Position numbers and translations under genes: made by a program. The notes beneath the pieces were generated by a model. That model worked only from the letters and a program-made list of their open reading frames with translations, was not told the DNA's origin and searched no databases. Source: Patescibacteria group bacterium (lineage in GTDB: Bacteria > Patescibacteriota > Patescibacteriia > GWA2-46-9). Taken from it: a stretch of DNA of 64,000 bases. This document shows, in pieces, positions 55,791-64,000 of the stretch (positions are counted from its first letter, which is position 1; each line of letters starts with the position of its first letter). The DNA lies in NCBI GenBank assembly GCA_041660005.1, contig JBAZXG010000001.1:158565-222564 (forward strand), given 5' to 3'.

Positions 55791-57224
55791 CTACGTACTC
55801 GTTGCGTCATGAAGTATAGGTGCCTCGGTATGTACAACGGGTATTTCCTCTTCCAGCTTATGCTTCACAATGCCAATAATTTTTTTGAAGTCAAAAGTTT
55901 CCTGCATGCCGGCTTCCATATCACGAATGATAACCGTGTGATCAACAATTTCTTTTTGCCCGATGATGATGGTGTAGCGCACACCCAAACGAGCCGCCAT
56001 TTCCATTTGCGGTTTTAGGCCGTCCTTAGAAAAATTTGCTGCAACGCGTACATCGCTCTTACGCAACTCTTCAAAAAGTTGCATCGCCTTTTTGCGAGCC
56101 GGTTGCGAAAGTTGTGCAATGAACACTTCTGGTCGCGGCGTCGGCGGCAATGGTACTTCACGCTCTTTCATTTTGAGAATTGTTGTCTCCATACCAAGAC
56201 CTAAACCAACGGCAGGAGTCGGTCGTCCGCCAAGTTCGGTAATAAGGTCGTCATAACGTCCACCGCCGGCGAGTGCTGTCTTCCCTTCTTCGTCATCAGC
56301 CGCCCACACTTCAAACACGGTGCGCGTATAATAGTCTAGACCGCGCACGAGATGCGGATTCAATACATAGGGCACATCAAGATCGTCGAGATATTCGAGC
56401 ATCTCCATAAAGTGCTCACGACAGGGGGTGCAGAGGTGATCAACAAATTGCGGTGCGTTGGCACGCAGCGCTCGGCACCCTTCTTCTTTGCAATCGAGGA
56501 CGCGTAACGGATTTTTAGCGAGCCGCCGTTCACAATCTTCACACAGTTCTTTGCGATGGTTGCGATAATACTCAAGAAGGACGCGACGATATGCCGGACG
56601 GCATTCTTTGTCGCCGATGGTATTCACTTGCAAGGCAACGGGTAGACCTAACGTCTGAAACAAATTCATCAGCATGAGCATCAGTGTCGCATCCATGGTC
56701 GGATGCCCCTCACCTATGATCTCGCATCCCCACTGATGGAACTGCCGTTGACGACCGTACTGCGGTCGCTGGTAGCGAAACATAGGTCCAATGAGATACC
56801 ACTTAACGGGTTGCGGCTGGTTCACCAGTCCATGCTGCAAGTAGGCACGAGCCATGCCGGCGGTCGGCTCCGGTCGTAGCGTCAGTGACTCGCCACCCTG
56901 GTCAGCAAAGCTGAACATTTCTTTTTCGACAATGTCGGTAACCTTGCCGACCGCTCGTTCAAAAAGCGATGTCGCTTCAACCATGGGCAAAGTGATTGGC
57001 TGAAAGCCATAGGTTTCGGCAATCTGTTCACAGGCGGCGGTGAGATAGCGCCAATAGGGTTGCTCTTCAGGCAAAATATCTCGGAATCCGCGTACTGTTT
57101 GCGGCAAACGCTTGTTGCGTACTGGCGCGGTAACGTCAGTAATATCTGCCGGATGCGTCAGTGCCGGAGCGACGTGCTTAACCTTTTTGGGTTTCATCTT
57201 GTCTTGTTTTTCCTTTTTTTCCAT
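55791..57224 (-). CDS. hisS: Histidine-tRNA ligase
   Basis: RGFRDILPEEQPYWRYL motif 1 region, GGGRYDDL motif; start MEKKEK with AAAGG SD; Lys-rich N-terminal extension. Confidence 0.9.
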   Translation of the reverse strand: MEKKEKQDKMKPKKVKHVAPALTHPADITDVTAPVRNKRLPQTVRGFRDILPEEQPYWRYLTAACEQIAETYGFQPITLPMVEATSLFERAVGKVTDIVEKEMFSFADQGGESLTLRPEPTAGMARAYLQHGLVNQPQPVKWYLIGPMFRYQRPQYGRQRQFHQWGCEIIGEGHPTMDATLMLMLMNLFQTLGLPVALQVNTIGDKECRPAYRRVLLEYYRNHRKELCEDCERRLAKNPLRVLDCKEEGCRALRANAPQFVDHLCTPCREHFMEMLEYLDDLDVPYVLNPHLVRGLDYYTRTVFEVWAADDEEGKTALAGGGRYDDLITELGGRPTPAVGLGLGMETTILKMKEREVPLPPTPRPEVFIAQLSQPARKKAMQLFEELRKSDVRVAANFSKDGLKPQMEMAARLGVRYTIIIGQKEIVDHTVIIRDMEAGMQETFDFKKIIGIVKHKLEEEIPVVHTEAPILHDATST

Positions 57225-57228
57225 ACCT

Positions 57229-57831
57229 TTAACTACCTGCGGCAGGCAATAAGTTATAGCTAAAAACATGCAAACGATTGAACGGCCAGGCGCGTACCCA
57301 GACTCTTCCTATGATATAGCGGTCAGCCACCGGTCCAAAAACGCGAGAGTCAAGACTGGCGCCACGGTTGTCGCCCATGACGAAGTAGTGACCCTTTGGC
57401 ACGTCAACAGTAAATTCACCGGTCGTTTCAAGTCCAACCGGCAAAAACGGTTCAGCTAAAGCCACGGGCGAACCATTATTCGGTGGCGTTATGCTGAGGT
57501 GACCGCGAGAAATAGTAACCGTCTCCCCTGGTAGACCAATGATACGTTTAATAAAAAACTGACTTGGGTCGCGCGGATAACGAAAGACAACGATATCGCC
57601 GCGCGCTGGCTCTGAAAAACGGTACGAAAGCTCATCAATGAGCAAATACTCATTGTCATCAAAAGTCGGCTCCATGGACGCCCCCTTTACGTAAAAGGGC
57701 TGGACGATGTAGTAGCGAACCGGAAGAATAATAGCAAGGGATATCAAAACAACCTTCAGGAGCTCTACAATGAACTCGCCGAGTTCCCCGAATACTCTTA
57801 TTGTTGGCCGCTCATCTTTCAAAACAGGCAT
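57229..57831 (-). CDS. lepB: Signal peptidase I
   Basis: GASMEPTF (catalytic Ser), GDNRGASLDSR box. Confidence 0.9.
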   Translation of the reverse strand: MPVLKDERPTIRVFGELGEFIVELLKVVLISLAIILPVRYYIVQPFYVKGASMEPTFDDNEYLLIDELSYRFSEPARGDIVVFRYPRDPSQFFIKRIIGLPGETVTISRGHLSITPPNNGSPVALAEPFLPVGLETTGEFTVDVPKGHYFVMGDNRGASLDSRVFGPVADRYIIGRVWVRAWPFNRLHVFSYNLLPAAGS

Positions 57832-57903
57832 AGTAATCGCTTATGATACACTAAAATAAGCGTTTTGACAAGCCTGCGAGCGACAAATGGTTCTTTCGAA
57901 TAA

Positions 57904-58848
57904 TCAAGAACCTTGTAGTGCAGCCGCTCCAAAAATAAACATGGCTGCCACTAAAATAACTGTAAGAAACGCCATAACAACAGAACCAACCACGAGGTAC
58001 TTTCGTAACTGCACATTTGATTCCGGCGCTACAGCAACCGGCAATGTCTTAAGACGCAGGTAAAGTACATAAAAATAACCGAGGAGGAGTGGTGTCAGCA
58101 ATAACTCAAGCGCGAAGTTAATGGCTTGAGCAATTCCGGGCTGATTAAAAACTCCGGTTAAAATTGCTCCGGGAATGGAGATAACAAAACTCAATAGAGC
58201 TAAAACAACGATGCGCCCGGCAACCGCCCACCAACGTCCCCGCACGTACTCACGGCTTGCTAAAAGTGCGGTAAAGCCATGCCGGTCTTCGCTGACCACA
58301 ACGTAAAGAGCCAATATAAACCAGACGGAAAGAATAATGCCTGGTACAACCAAAAGCAATACTCCCCCGAGCATAAGTAGCCCTGACAATATGGACACCC
58401 AGAGATATGGAAGGACAAACCGTCGAGACTCTCGATAAGCGTCGATGATACCACCACCGGTTGTACTGTCTGCCCCTTTCGCGAGCGTTACAACAACAGT
58501 GAGCGACGCCCAAAGCTGGGTAATACCAAGCGCAATAAAGGCAGCGACTTCAATAAGAATACTCAGGGCTAAACCAATGTAGTGCACTGTTGGCGTAGAA
58601 CTCACGGAAAGCCAAGAAGTGAACGACAACATACCAAGGAGCACAAAAATGCCAACAATGACGGCAAAAATTGCGGCCAATAACAGTGCTATAAGCCGTC
58701 CGAACTGCTTGCGATACAACGCTGCTGCTTCACGCAAAAGCTGCATGGATCCGGGAATAGATGCGTTCTCTTTTAAACCAAGCATGAAAATTAAAATAAA
58801 AGGTGAATACCGATACCCTATTCTAGCATAAATGAGGTAAGGAATCAC
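57904..58848 (-). CDS. Hypothetical polytopic membrane protein
   Basis: Multiple TM helices; start uncertain (MQLLRE at 58746 plausible). Confidence 0.5.
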   Translation of the reverse strand: MIPYLIYARIGYRYSPFILIFMLGLKENASIPGSMQLLREAAALYRKQFGRLIALLLAAIFAVIVGIFVLLGMLSFTSWLSVSSTPTVHYIGLALSILIEVAAFIALGITQLWASLTVVVTLAKGADSTTGGGIIDAYRESRRFVLPYLWVSILSGLLMLGGVLLLVVPGIILSVWFILALYVVVSEDRHGFTALLASREYVRGRWWAVAGRIVVLALLSFVISIPGAILTGVFNQPGIAQAINFALELLLTPLLLGYFYVLYLRLKTLPVAVAPESNVQLRKYLVVGSVVMAFLTVILVAAMFIFGAAALQGS

Positions 58849-58898
58849 CTTGCCTGTAATTTCGTACGACTAAGCGTAACTAAAAAAGTAAACTGATT

Positions 58899-59501
58899 TC
58901 ATACAATCTGCGCTAAGTAGTAGTTGACATCTTTTTCTGGCGTTACCAGATAGGATACTCCCCCTAAATTCTCAAATAAAGCACACGCCTCCGGAGAGTT
59001 GTCGACGAGTAAACAATCTTTCAGCGATACTTCAAGCTTACGAGCGTATTCAACAAATAGTCCTCCTTCGTTGTCGGTTTTATGTTTCCTTTCACTGTGT
59101 GAGTTACTAATGAGATCAAAGTATTTTTCAAGTTGCAATGCTGGCACTGTAAAACGTGAAAAACTATCCATGTTTCCGGTCAGTAGCACAACCGTAAAAC
59201 GATCGCGCAAGGTATGTAACTTTTTGAGTGCCTGCTCTGAAACCTTCATCGTGCGGCAATCTTCAACAAACACGTTCCACAATTTTTCAAAAGGCACACC
59301 AATTTGACCAGCAACAAATTTGTTTACTTCTTCCGCTGTGTACTCCCCCTTCATCCAACCGTCGACCATGGTTCTGTCTTCCCCAAAAAGCAGCTTCTGT
59401 ATTTTTTCATTGTCTTCTGGTGGCAGGCTCCGCCAGTACCTGTCAAAGCAGAGCGTGCCGTCGAAATCACAAAATAAAATCGGTTTGGAAAATGGGGCCA
59501 T
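58899..59501 (-). CDS. HAD superfamily hydrolase
   Basis: ILFCDFDGTL motif I (DxDGT). Confidence 0.7.
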   Translation of the reverse strand: MAPFSKPILFCDFDGTLCFDRYWRSLPPEDNEKIQKLLFGEDRTMVDGWMKGEYTAEEVNKFVAGQIGVPFEKLWNVFVEDCRTMKVSEQALKKLHTLRDRFTVVLLTGNMDSFSRFTVPALQLEKYFDLISNSHSERKHKTDNEGGLFVEYARKLEVSLKDCLLVDNSPEACALFENLGGVSYLVTPEKDVNYYLAQIV

Positions 59502-59515
59502 GTCGATTTAATCTA

Positions 59516-60061
59516 TTAGCTTATTGAAGGGCTTTTTCTATCAAGACGGTACATTCCAATCAGAATACCGAGTATACCTACTATCTGACTGAGAAGACCA
59601 GAATATGAATGCACAAAAAGTGTGTAGGGAATCCAAATGATACAGGTAATCAACATGTAAAAACGAATGTCAGCCGGACGGTTTTGTGACATTGCGCTCG
59701 TCCCTACGACAACACCAACGACCGGCAAAATAGTTATCCATCCTTGCCAAAAAATGAACAAGACAAAAACTGAAACAAAGACGACAAGATAAAACCATAT
59801 CCTATGGTCTGCCCATTTCTTTTTGGTCTTATTTACAAAAATGAGATTACGCCCAAGCGTTACCACACACATCACTGCACCTGCATACGCAGCAAGTAGC
59901 AAGTAATGGATCGTAAAAAACAGTAAACCTACAGATTGTAAAAGAAAGATATTGTTTCTGGTCTTTGCGTTCCATGTCAGTATGCCAAAAAGGAGTGCTA
60001 CGAGGCCAATGCTCTGAATAAACCAAAAGTCATGGAGTAGGTTCATGGGAAAAATATGCAA
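59516..60061 (-). CDS. Small polytopic membrane protein (YgjV-like?)
   Basis: 5-6 TM helices, 181 aa. Confidence 0.4.
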   Translation of the reverse strand: MHIFPMNLLHDFWFIQSIGLVALLFGILTWNAKTRNNIFLLQSVGLLFFTIHYLLLAAYAGAVMCVVTLGRNLIFVNKTKKKWADHRIWFYLVVFVSVFVLFIFWQGWITILPVVGVVVGTSAMSQNRPADIRFYMLITCIIWIPYTLFVHSYSGLLSQIVGILGILIGMYRLDRKSPSIS

Positions 60062-60068
60062 GGATAAT

Positions 60069-60887
60069 TTATAGACCGAAAAGAAGTTTTATACCCAGCA
60101 CCGTTCCTATGCTGGCAAACATAATTTTAATAAATGTATTGCCTTTATACCTGCCGTATCGAGATCCCACATAACCACCAATAAGCGATCCAACCACAGT
60201 AGGAATCATAACTGGCAAACTAAAATACCCTTTTGAGACGAACACAGCCACCGCAAAAACTTCCCATAAAAACGCGACTGCATAGTAATAACCGAGAGCG
60301 TCAATAAAATCAAATCCTCTGGTTTTAAAGGTTACGATCGAAAACAGTATTCCATTACCAGAACCAAAAAATCCTTCGTAAAAACCTAAGACCGGGGCAA
60401 ATATATAAGCGATCGATTGTCTCAACCTTGAGTGAACCTTTGTTTCAGCAAGGCCAACGTTTTTATTAAGTAAGACGTAAGCAACTAAACTCAAAATCAA
60501 TATACCAATAATAACTCCGGCAATTCTTTGGTTAATAGCTACAACGACCAGCGTGCCGACATAAACTCCAACCAAGCCGATAATTGAGAACCAAATGAGA
60601 AACTGCCAATCAACATTTCTACCTTTGAAATAGTTGTACGACGCGGGCAAAACCCAAAACATTGAACTAACTTTTTGCGCCGCCGTAGCCAGAGGAAACG
60701 AAATGCCTAAAAAAAGCATCACCGGAATATATAAAACTGAAGCCCCACCACCTGACATGGAACTCAAAGCAGTGGCAACAAAAGACGTAAAGAGAATTAT
60801 GAAAAAGGTCATTATAATGATAGCGTTTTGATTCCTTGGGGCACTTCGATAAGTTATGGCACACTGTATGACTAATGGCTGTGCCAT
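60069..60887 (-). CDS. TauE/SafE (DUF81) family anion exporter
   Basis: LSSMSGGGASVLYIPVMLFLG motif repeated; likely start MTFFIIL at 60809. Confidence 0.75.
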   Translation of the reverse strand: MAQPLVIQCAITYRSAPRNQNAIIIMTFFIILFTSFVATALSSMSGGGASVLYIPVMLFLGISFPLATAAQKVSSMFWVLPASYNYFKGRNVDWQFLIWFSIIGLVGVYVGTLVVVAINQRIAGVIIGILILSLVAYVLLNKNVGLAETKVHSRLRQSIAYIFAPVLGFYEGFFGSGNGILFSIVTFKTRGFDFIDALGYYYAVAFLWEVFAVAVFVSKGYFSLPVMIPTVVGSLIGGYVGSRYGRYKGNTFIKIMFASIGTVLGIKLLFGL

Positions 60888-60929
60888 TCATAGCGCCAGC
60901 CCAAATTAACGGCACAAACTTGGATATTT

Positions 60930-61013
60930 TACAGCCATTCTTCGCTACCTCCTTCGCTGAAGCTACGGAAGGTCAAGAAAGCTACGAAGGGCATTCTTCG
61001 CTGGCGCGAAGAA
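60930..61013. repeat. Repeat-family fragment abutting tRNA 3' end (cctccttcgctgaagctacggaaggtcaagaaagctacgaaggg + hairpin cattcttcgc-tgg-gcgaagaatg)
   Basis: Matches units of 15788-15925 region. Confidence 0.6.
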
Positions 61014-61090
61014 TGGTGGGCGCGGGAGGATTCGAACCTCCGACCTTTCGAATGTGAATCGAACGCTCTAACCAACTGAGCTACGCGCCC
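61014..61090 (-). tRNA. tRNA-Val (anticodon CAC) with encoded CCA
   Basis: Cloverleaf read manually: GGGCGCG acceptor, GCTC/GAGC D-stem, TTCGA/TCGAA anticodon stem, loop TTCACAT, GGAGG-TTCGAAT-CCTCC T-arm, discriminator A, CCA. Confidence 0.85.
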
Positions 61091-61164
61091 CAATACTAAA
61101 CTCCAACAGCTTGCTCCTATGCTCACGGCATTATATACTAGACCAACGAATTTGCAATTGATCA

Positions 61165-62655
61165 ATGGATAAACCCACTATTAATCTTCTCGACGCATCC
61201 AAGCGACCCGAAACGAAGCCTATCCCAGTACCGTTCATTCCCGCTCCTCGGAAACGACACAGGAGACGCGGTATGATTATTGCCGGCATCGTGCTCGTTG
61301 GCGCTGTTTTTTTATTAGCGAACGTCATTATTCCAGGTGCGCGTCTCAGTAAAACATTTGGTTCATCCGGACTCCTGCAGCAACTTACCCATCTGACATT
61401 CAGCGGTAGCCGCTCACTCGTTGGCGAACAAGATAACCGTATCAACATTCTACTCCTCGGAGTTGGCGGTGCTGGACATGACGGTGCCTACCTCACCGAC
61501 ACAACCATACTCGCCAGCATTGAACCGAGCACGTCACGTGTATCCCTCATCTCCCTTCCACGAGATCTTGTCATTCCCTACTCAGATGGTAGCTGGCGTA
61601 AGCTCAATGAAATTTACGTGACGGGTCAAAACACAAACTCGCACGACCCCGGCACGACAGCAGCAAACACGGTTGGTGCGTTTTTAAACATCGATATCCC
61701 CTACTATGTGCTCGTCGACTTCAACGGCTTCGAAAAAATGATTGACGCCGTTGGCGGTGTTAACGTATCGATTGACCGCACGTTTACCGACCCGAGTTTC
61801 CCGACACCAGGCGGTGAAGATGCCCCAAACTACAAAGATCGTGAAATGTCCGTCACCTTCACGGCTGGCTGGCAGCACCTCAATGGACAACGCGCACTCA
61901 TGTTTGCCCGTTCTCGTCATGGAAACAACGGAGAGGGCTCTGACTTTGCCCGTGCGCGGCGCCAACAAAAAATTCTCCTCGCTCTCAAAGACCGTGTCTT
62001 CAACTTCGGCGTCTTGTTGAATCCAATCACCATCAATCAACTAGCAAACGAACTCTCTGTTCACCTCAAAACAAACCTTGAACCCTGGCAAGCACTGCAT
62101 CTCTATGAACTAGCCAAAGACGTCAATACAGAGCAGGTCATTCGTGCGACAGTCGACGATAGCCCTAACAGTTTACTCGTCGGAGAAATTAATACGGACG
62201 GCGCTTATGTGCTGCGCCCCAAAGGCGGCAACTTTAATCGCATCCAAGAACTAGCACGAGACATCTTTCATAACGGTGAGCTCATCCAAGAACCGACGCG
62301 TGTCGAAATTTTGAACGGAACAAAAGTTAGTGGGCTCGCAACTGAAACAGCAAACCTCCTGGTGGCGCGCGGTTACAATGTGGTGCACACTGGCAATGCT
62401 GATGATCAAACGGTTCTAAAAACAACTATCTACGACTACACGAGTGGCGCTCGCCCAACGTCGCTCGCTGCGTTACGCGTACTCTTAAACGCAGAAGTTG
62501 CCGCAACTGTCCCCGATTGGCTCATTCCAACCGTCAGTACGGTTGACCCGAACGCTACATCTTTCACAGCGCCACCTTTGTCCTCTAAGGCAGATTTTGT
62601 CATCATTATAGGGAAAGACCGATCAGGATCCAGTCAAACGGTAACAACCCCTTAA
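61165..62655 (+). CDS. LytR-CpsA-Psr (LCP) family cell-wall polymer transferase with C-terminal LytR_C domain
   Basis: LLLGVGGAGHDGAYLTDTTILASIEPSTSRVSLISLPRDL LCP core motif; N-terminal TM. Confidence 0.85.
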   Translation: MDKPTINLLDASKRPETKPIPVPFIPAPRKRHRRRGMIIAGIVLVGAVFLLANVIIPGARLSKTFGSSGLLQQLTHLTFSGSRSLVGEQDNRINILLLGVGGAGHDGAYLTDTTILASIEPSTSRVSLISLPRDLVIPYSDGSWRKLNEIYVTGQNTNSHDPGTTAANTVGAFLNIDIPYYVLVDFNGFEKMIDAVGGVNVSIDRTFTDPSFPTPGGEDAPNYKDREMSVTFTAGWQHLNGQRALMFARSRHGNNGEGSDFARARRQQKILLALKDRVFNFGVLLNPITINQLANELSVHLKTNLEPWQALHLYELAKDVNTEQVIRATVDDSPNSLLVGEINTDGAYVLRPKGGNFNRIQELARDIFHNGELIQEPTRVEILNGTKVSGLATETANLLVARGYNVVHTGNADDQTVLKTTIYDYTSGARPTSLAALRVLLNAEVAATVPDWLIPTVSTVDPNATSFTAPPLSSKADFVIIIGKDRSGSSQTVTTP

Positions 62656-62657
62656 AC

Positions 62658-64000
62658 ATGGCACATTCCACCCTAAAACCAGTACGTGTAGCACTTGTTG
62701 GGAGGGTGAACGTAGGAAAATCAACACTCTTTAACCGCCTCGTTGGTGATCGACTGGCGCTTACCTCCCCTATTCCGGGAACCACCAGAGACCGCCGTGA
62801 GGGCGACGTCACCTGGCGAGGAGAGACGTTTACGCTTATTGATACGGGCGGCGTTGAAGTACCGGGGCAAACAACGGCAGCTACACGCGACGACCTTACC
62901 GCCCGCATCACCGAACAAACTGAAGCGGCGCTTGTCGGTGCACAAATCGCTATTCTCGTAACGAGCGCTACCGATGGCGTGTTGCCGCAGGACAAAAGTT
63001 GGGCGCGAGCATTAGCTGGGCGACTACCAACATTACTCGTTGTCAACAAAGCAGACAGCAACATTCGAGCTGAACGAGCTGCAGAATTTTTTTCTCTTGG
63101 ACTCGGCGAACCGCATGCCGTGTCCGCAGTATCGGGAAGAAGCACGGGCGATATGCTCGACGCACTCTTGACGGTCATGGCAACCTTACCGCGCGAACGC
63201 CAAAGCACCGCCACCGTCAAAGCGGTGCCCGGCATCAAGCTTGCCATTATTGGCCAGCCCAATAGCGGCAAGTCTTCCCTCCTTAATGCTATTGTCGGAG
63301 AAGAGCGTTTCATTACGAGCCCCAAAGCCCACACCACGCGTGAACCGCAAGATTTTCCCTTCACTTATTTTGGACAACGCCTCATACTCATTGACACTGC
63401 TGGCATCCGCCGACAGTACCAACAAACCCGCGGCATTGAACGCTTAGGGGTTACGGCTTCTCTCAAAACCGTTAACCGTGCTGATGTGGTACTCCTTATT
63501 ATTGACGCCACAAAAGAACCGAGCTTCCAAGACCAACGACTGGCGAGTATGGTTGCCGAAGAAGGTCGCGGGCTCATTATTGTCATCAACAAGTGGGACC
63601 TCGTTACTCCTAAAACTGCTGCCACACCTGCGGAAATTACGCGCCTATTCCGCAATCGTTTGCCGGGTCTAGACTGGGCGCCGCTCGCTTTTGTTTCAGC
63701 AAAAACAAAACAGCGCGTGCGTAACCTTCTCGACATGGCAATTACGATCGCTGCAGAAAGACGAAAAAAAATAGACGACGTAACGATGCGAGATTTTGCC
63801 GCAAACGCAGTTCGCCAGCATCGACCAGCGCGCGGCGGCGGGGTCAAGCATCCGCAGCTCATCGACTTTGTGCAAACCGGCAGCCAACCTCCAACGTTTA
63901 AGTTAACGATAGCCGGAGAACTGCACCCTTCCTACCTGCGCTTTTTAGAAAATCGTCTACGTGAGGCCTACGGCTTTGTCGGCACACCCATTAAACTCCA
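62658..64000 (+). CDS. der: Ribosome-biogenesis GTPase Der/EngA (two tandem G domains), 3' end beyond window
   Basis: GRVNVGKSTLFN and GQPNSGKSSLLN P-loops, DTGG/DTAG, NKAD/NKWD motifs. Confidence 0.9.
   Translation, partial: MAHSTLKPVRVALVGRVNVGKSTLFNRLVGDRLALTSPIPGTTRDRREGDVTWRGETFTLIDTGGVEVPGQTTAATRDDLTARITEQTEAALVGAQIAILVTSATDGVLPQDKSWARALAGRLPTLLVVNKADSNIRAERAAEFFSLGLGEPHAVSAVSGRSTGDMLDALLTVMATLPRERQSTATVKAVPGIKLAIIGQPNSGKSSLLNAIVGEERFITSPKAHTTREPQDFPFTYFGQRLILIDTAGIRRQYQQTRGIERLGVTASLKTVNRADVVLLIIDATKEPSFQDQRLASMVAEEGRGLIIVINKWDLVTPKTAATPAEITRLFRNRLPGLDWAPLAFVSAKTKQRVRNLLDMAITIAAERRKKIDDVTMRDFAANAVRQHRPARGGGVKHPQLIDFVQTGSQPPTFKLTIAGELHPSYLRFLENRLREAYGFVGTPIKL

Overview
This 64-kb window comes from a mid-GC (~45%) bacterial chromosome. 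The gene content suggests a monoderm-type organism: LCP family, SUF-only Fe-S machinery, ECF sigma, DUF1003. I call about 58 protein genes, one tRNA-Val(CAC), and several terminators and repeats.

Clear housekeeping content:
- sufB-sufC-sufD-sufS plus a sufU/sufT-fusion gene, with a candidate promoter/operator upstream
- sodA and a NifS/IscS-type desulfurase
- ftsA-ftsZ-nrdR, ybeY-dgkA, rpsU-yqeY, hisS-lepB
- prfB with its canonical +1 programmed frameshift (CTT TGA C)
- htrA, ogt, a comEC-like gene, der (partial at the window end) and an LCP protein
- an FtsX/ABC/ABC-F cluster, CorC, TerC, an SDR oxidoreductase, and an ECF sigma / anti-sigma pair

Five things stand out.

1. A 12.65-kb single ORF encodes a 4217-aa multidomain surface protein with IPT/TIG, Big-like, CBM4/9-like, InlB B-repeat-like, TSP3/dockerin-like and BNR-like segments.
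   - A 754-aa protein immediately upstream shares the same ~110-aa N-terminal signal-peptide plus two-helix anchor module, which resembles a TrbC/VirB2-type pilin.
   - Two TSP3-repeat membrane proteins lie immediately downstream.
   - The whole block is embedded between rpsU-yqeY and ybeY-dgkA.

2. Six short GC-rich (55-63%) single-gene islets are scattered in the AT-richer backbone.
   - Five are followed by an inverted repeat with an unusually large loop.
   - Two adjacent islets share an identical ~75-nt 3' module.

3. A mosaic dispersed repeat family, centred on a 34-bp perfect palindrome (TACACCATTTTGTGCGTACGCACAAAATGGTGTA), occurs in three copies.
   - Two copies sit next to GC-rich islets.
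   - One related element has been recruited as the 3' end of the ogt reading frame.
   - Another abuts the tRNA.

4. There is a tandem double LuxR-HTH protein, and an MsrB-like protein that has apparently lost its catalytic Cys.

5. A strongly structured intergenic RNA-like region of unknown class lies downstream of the TerC gene.

No CRISPR array, rRNA, transposase or integrase is visible.
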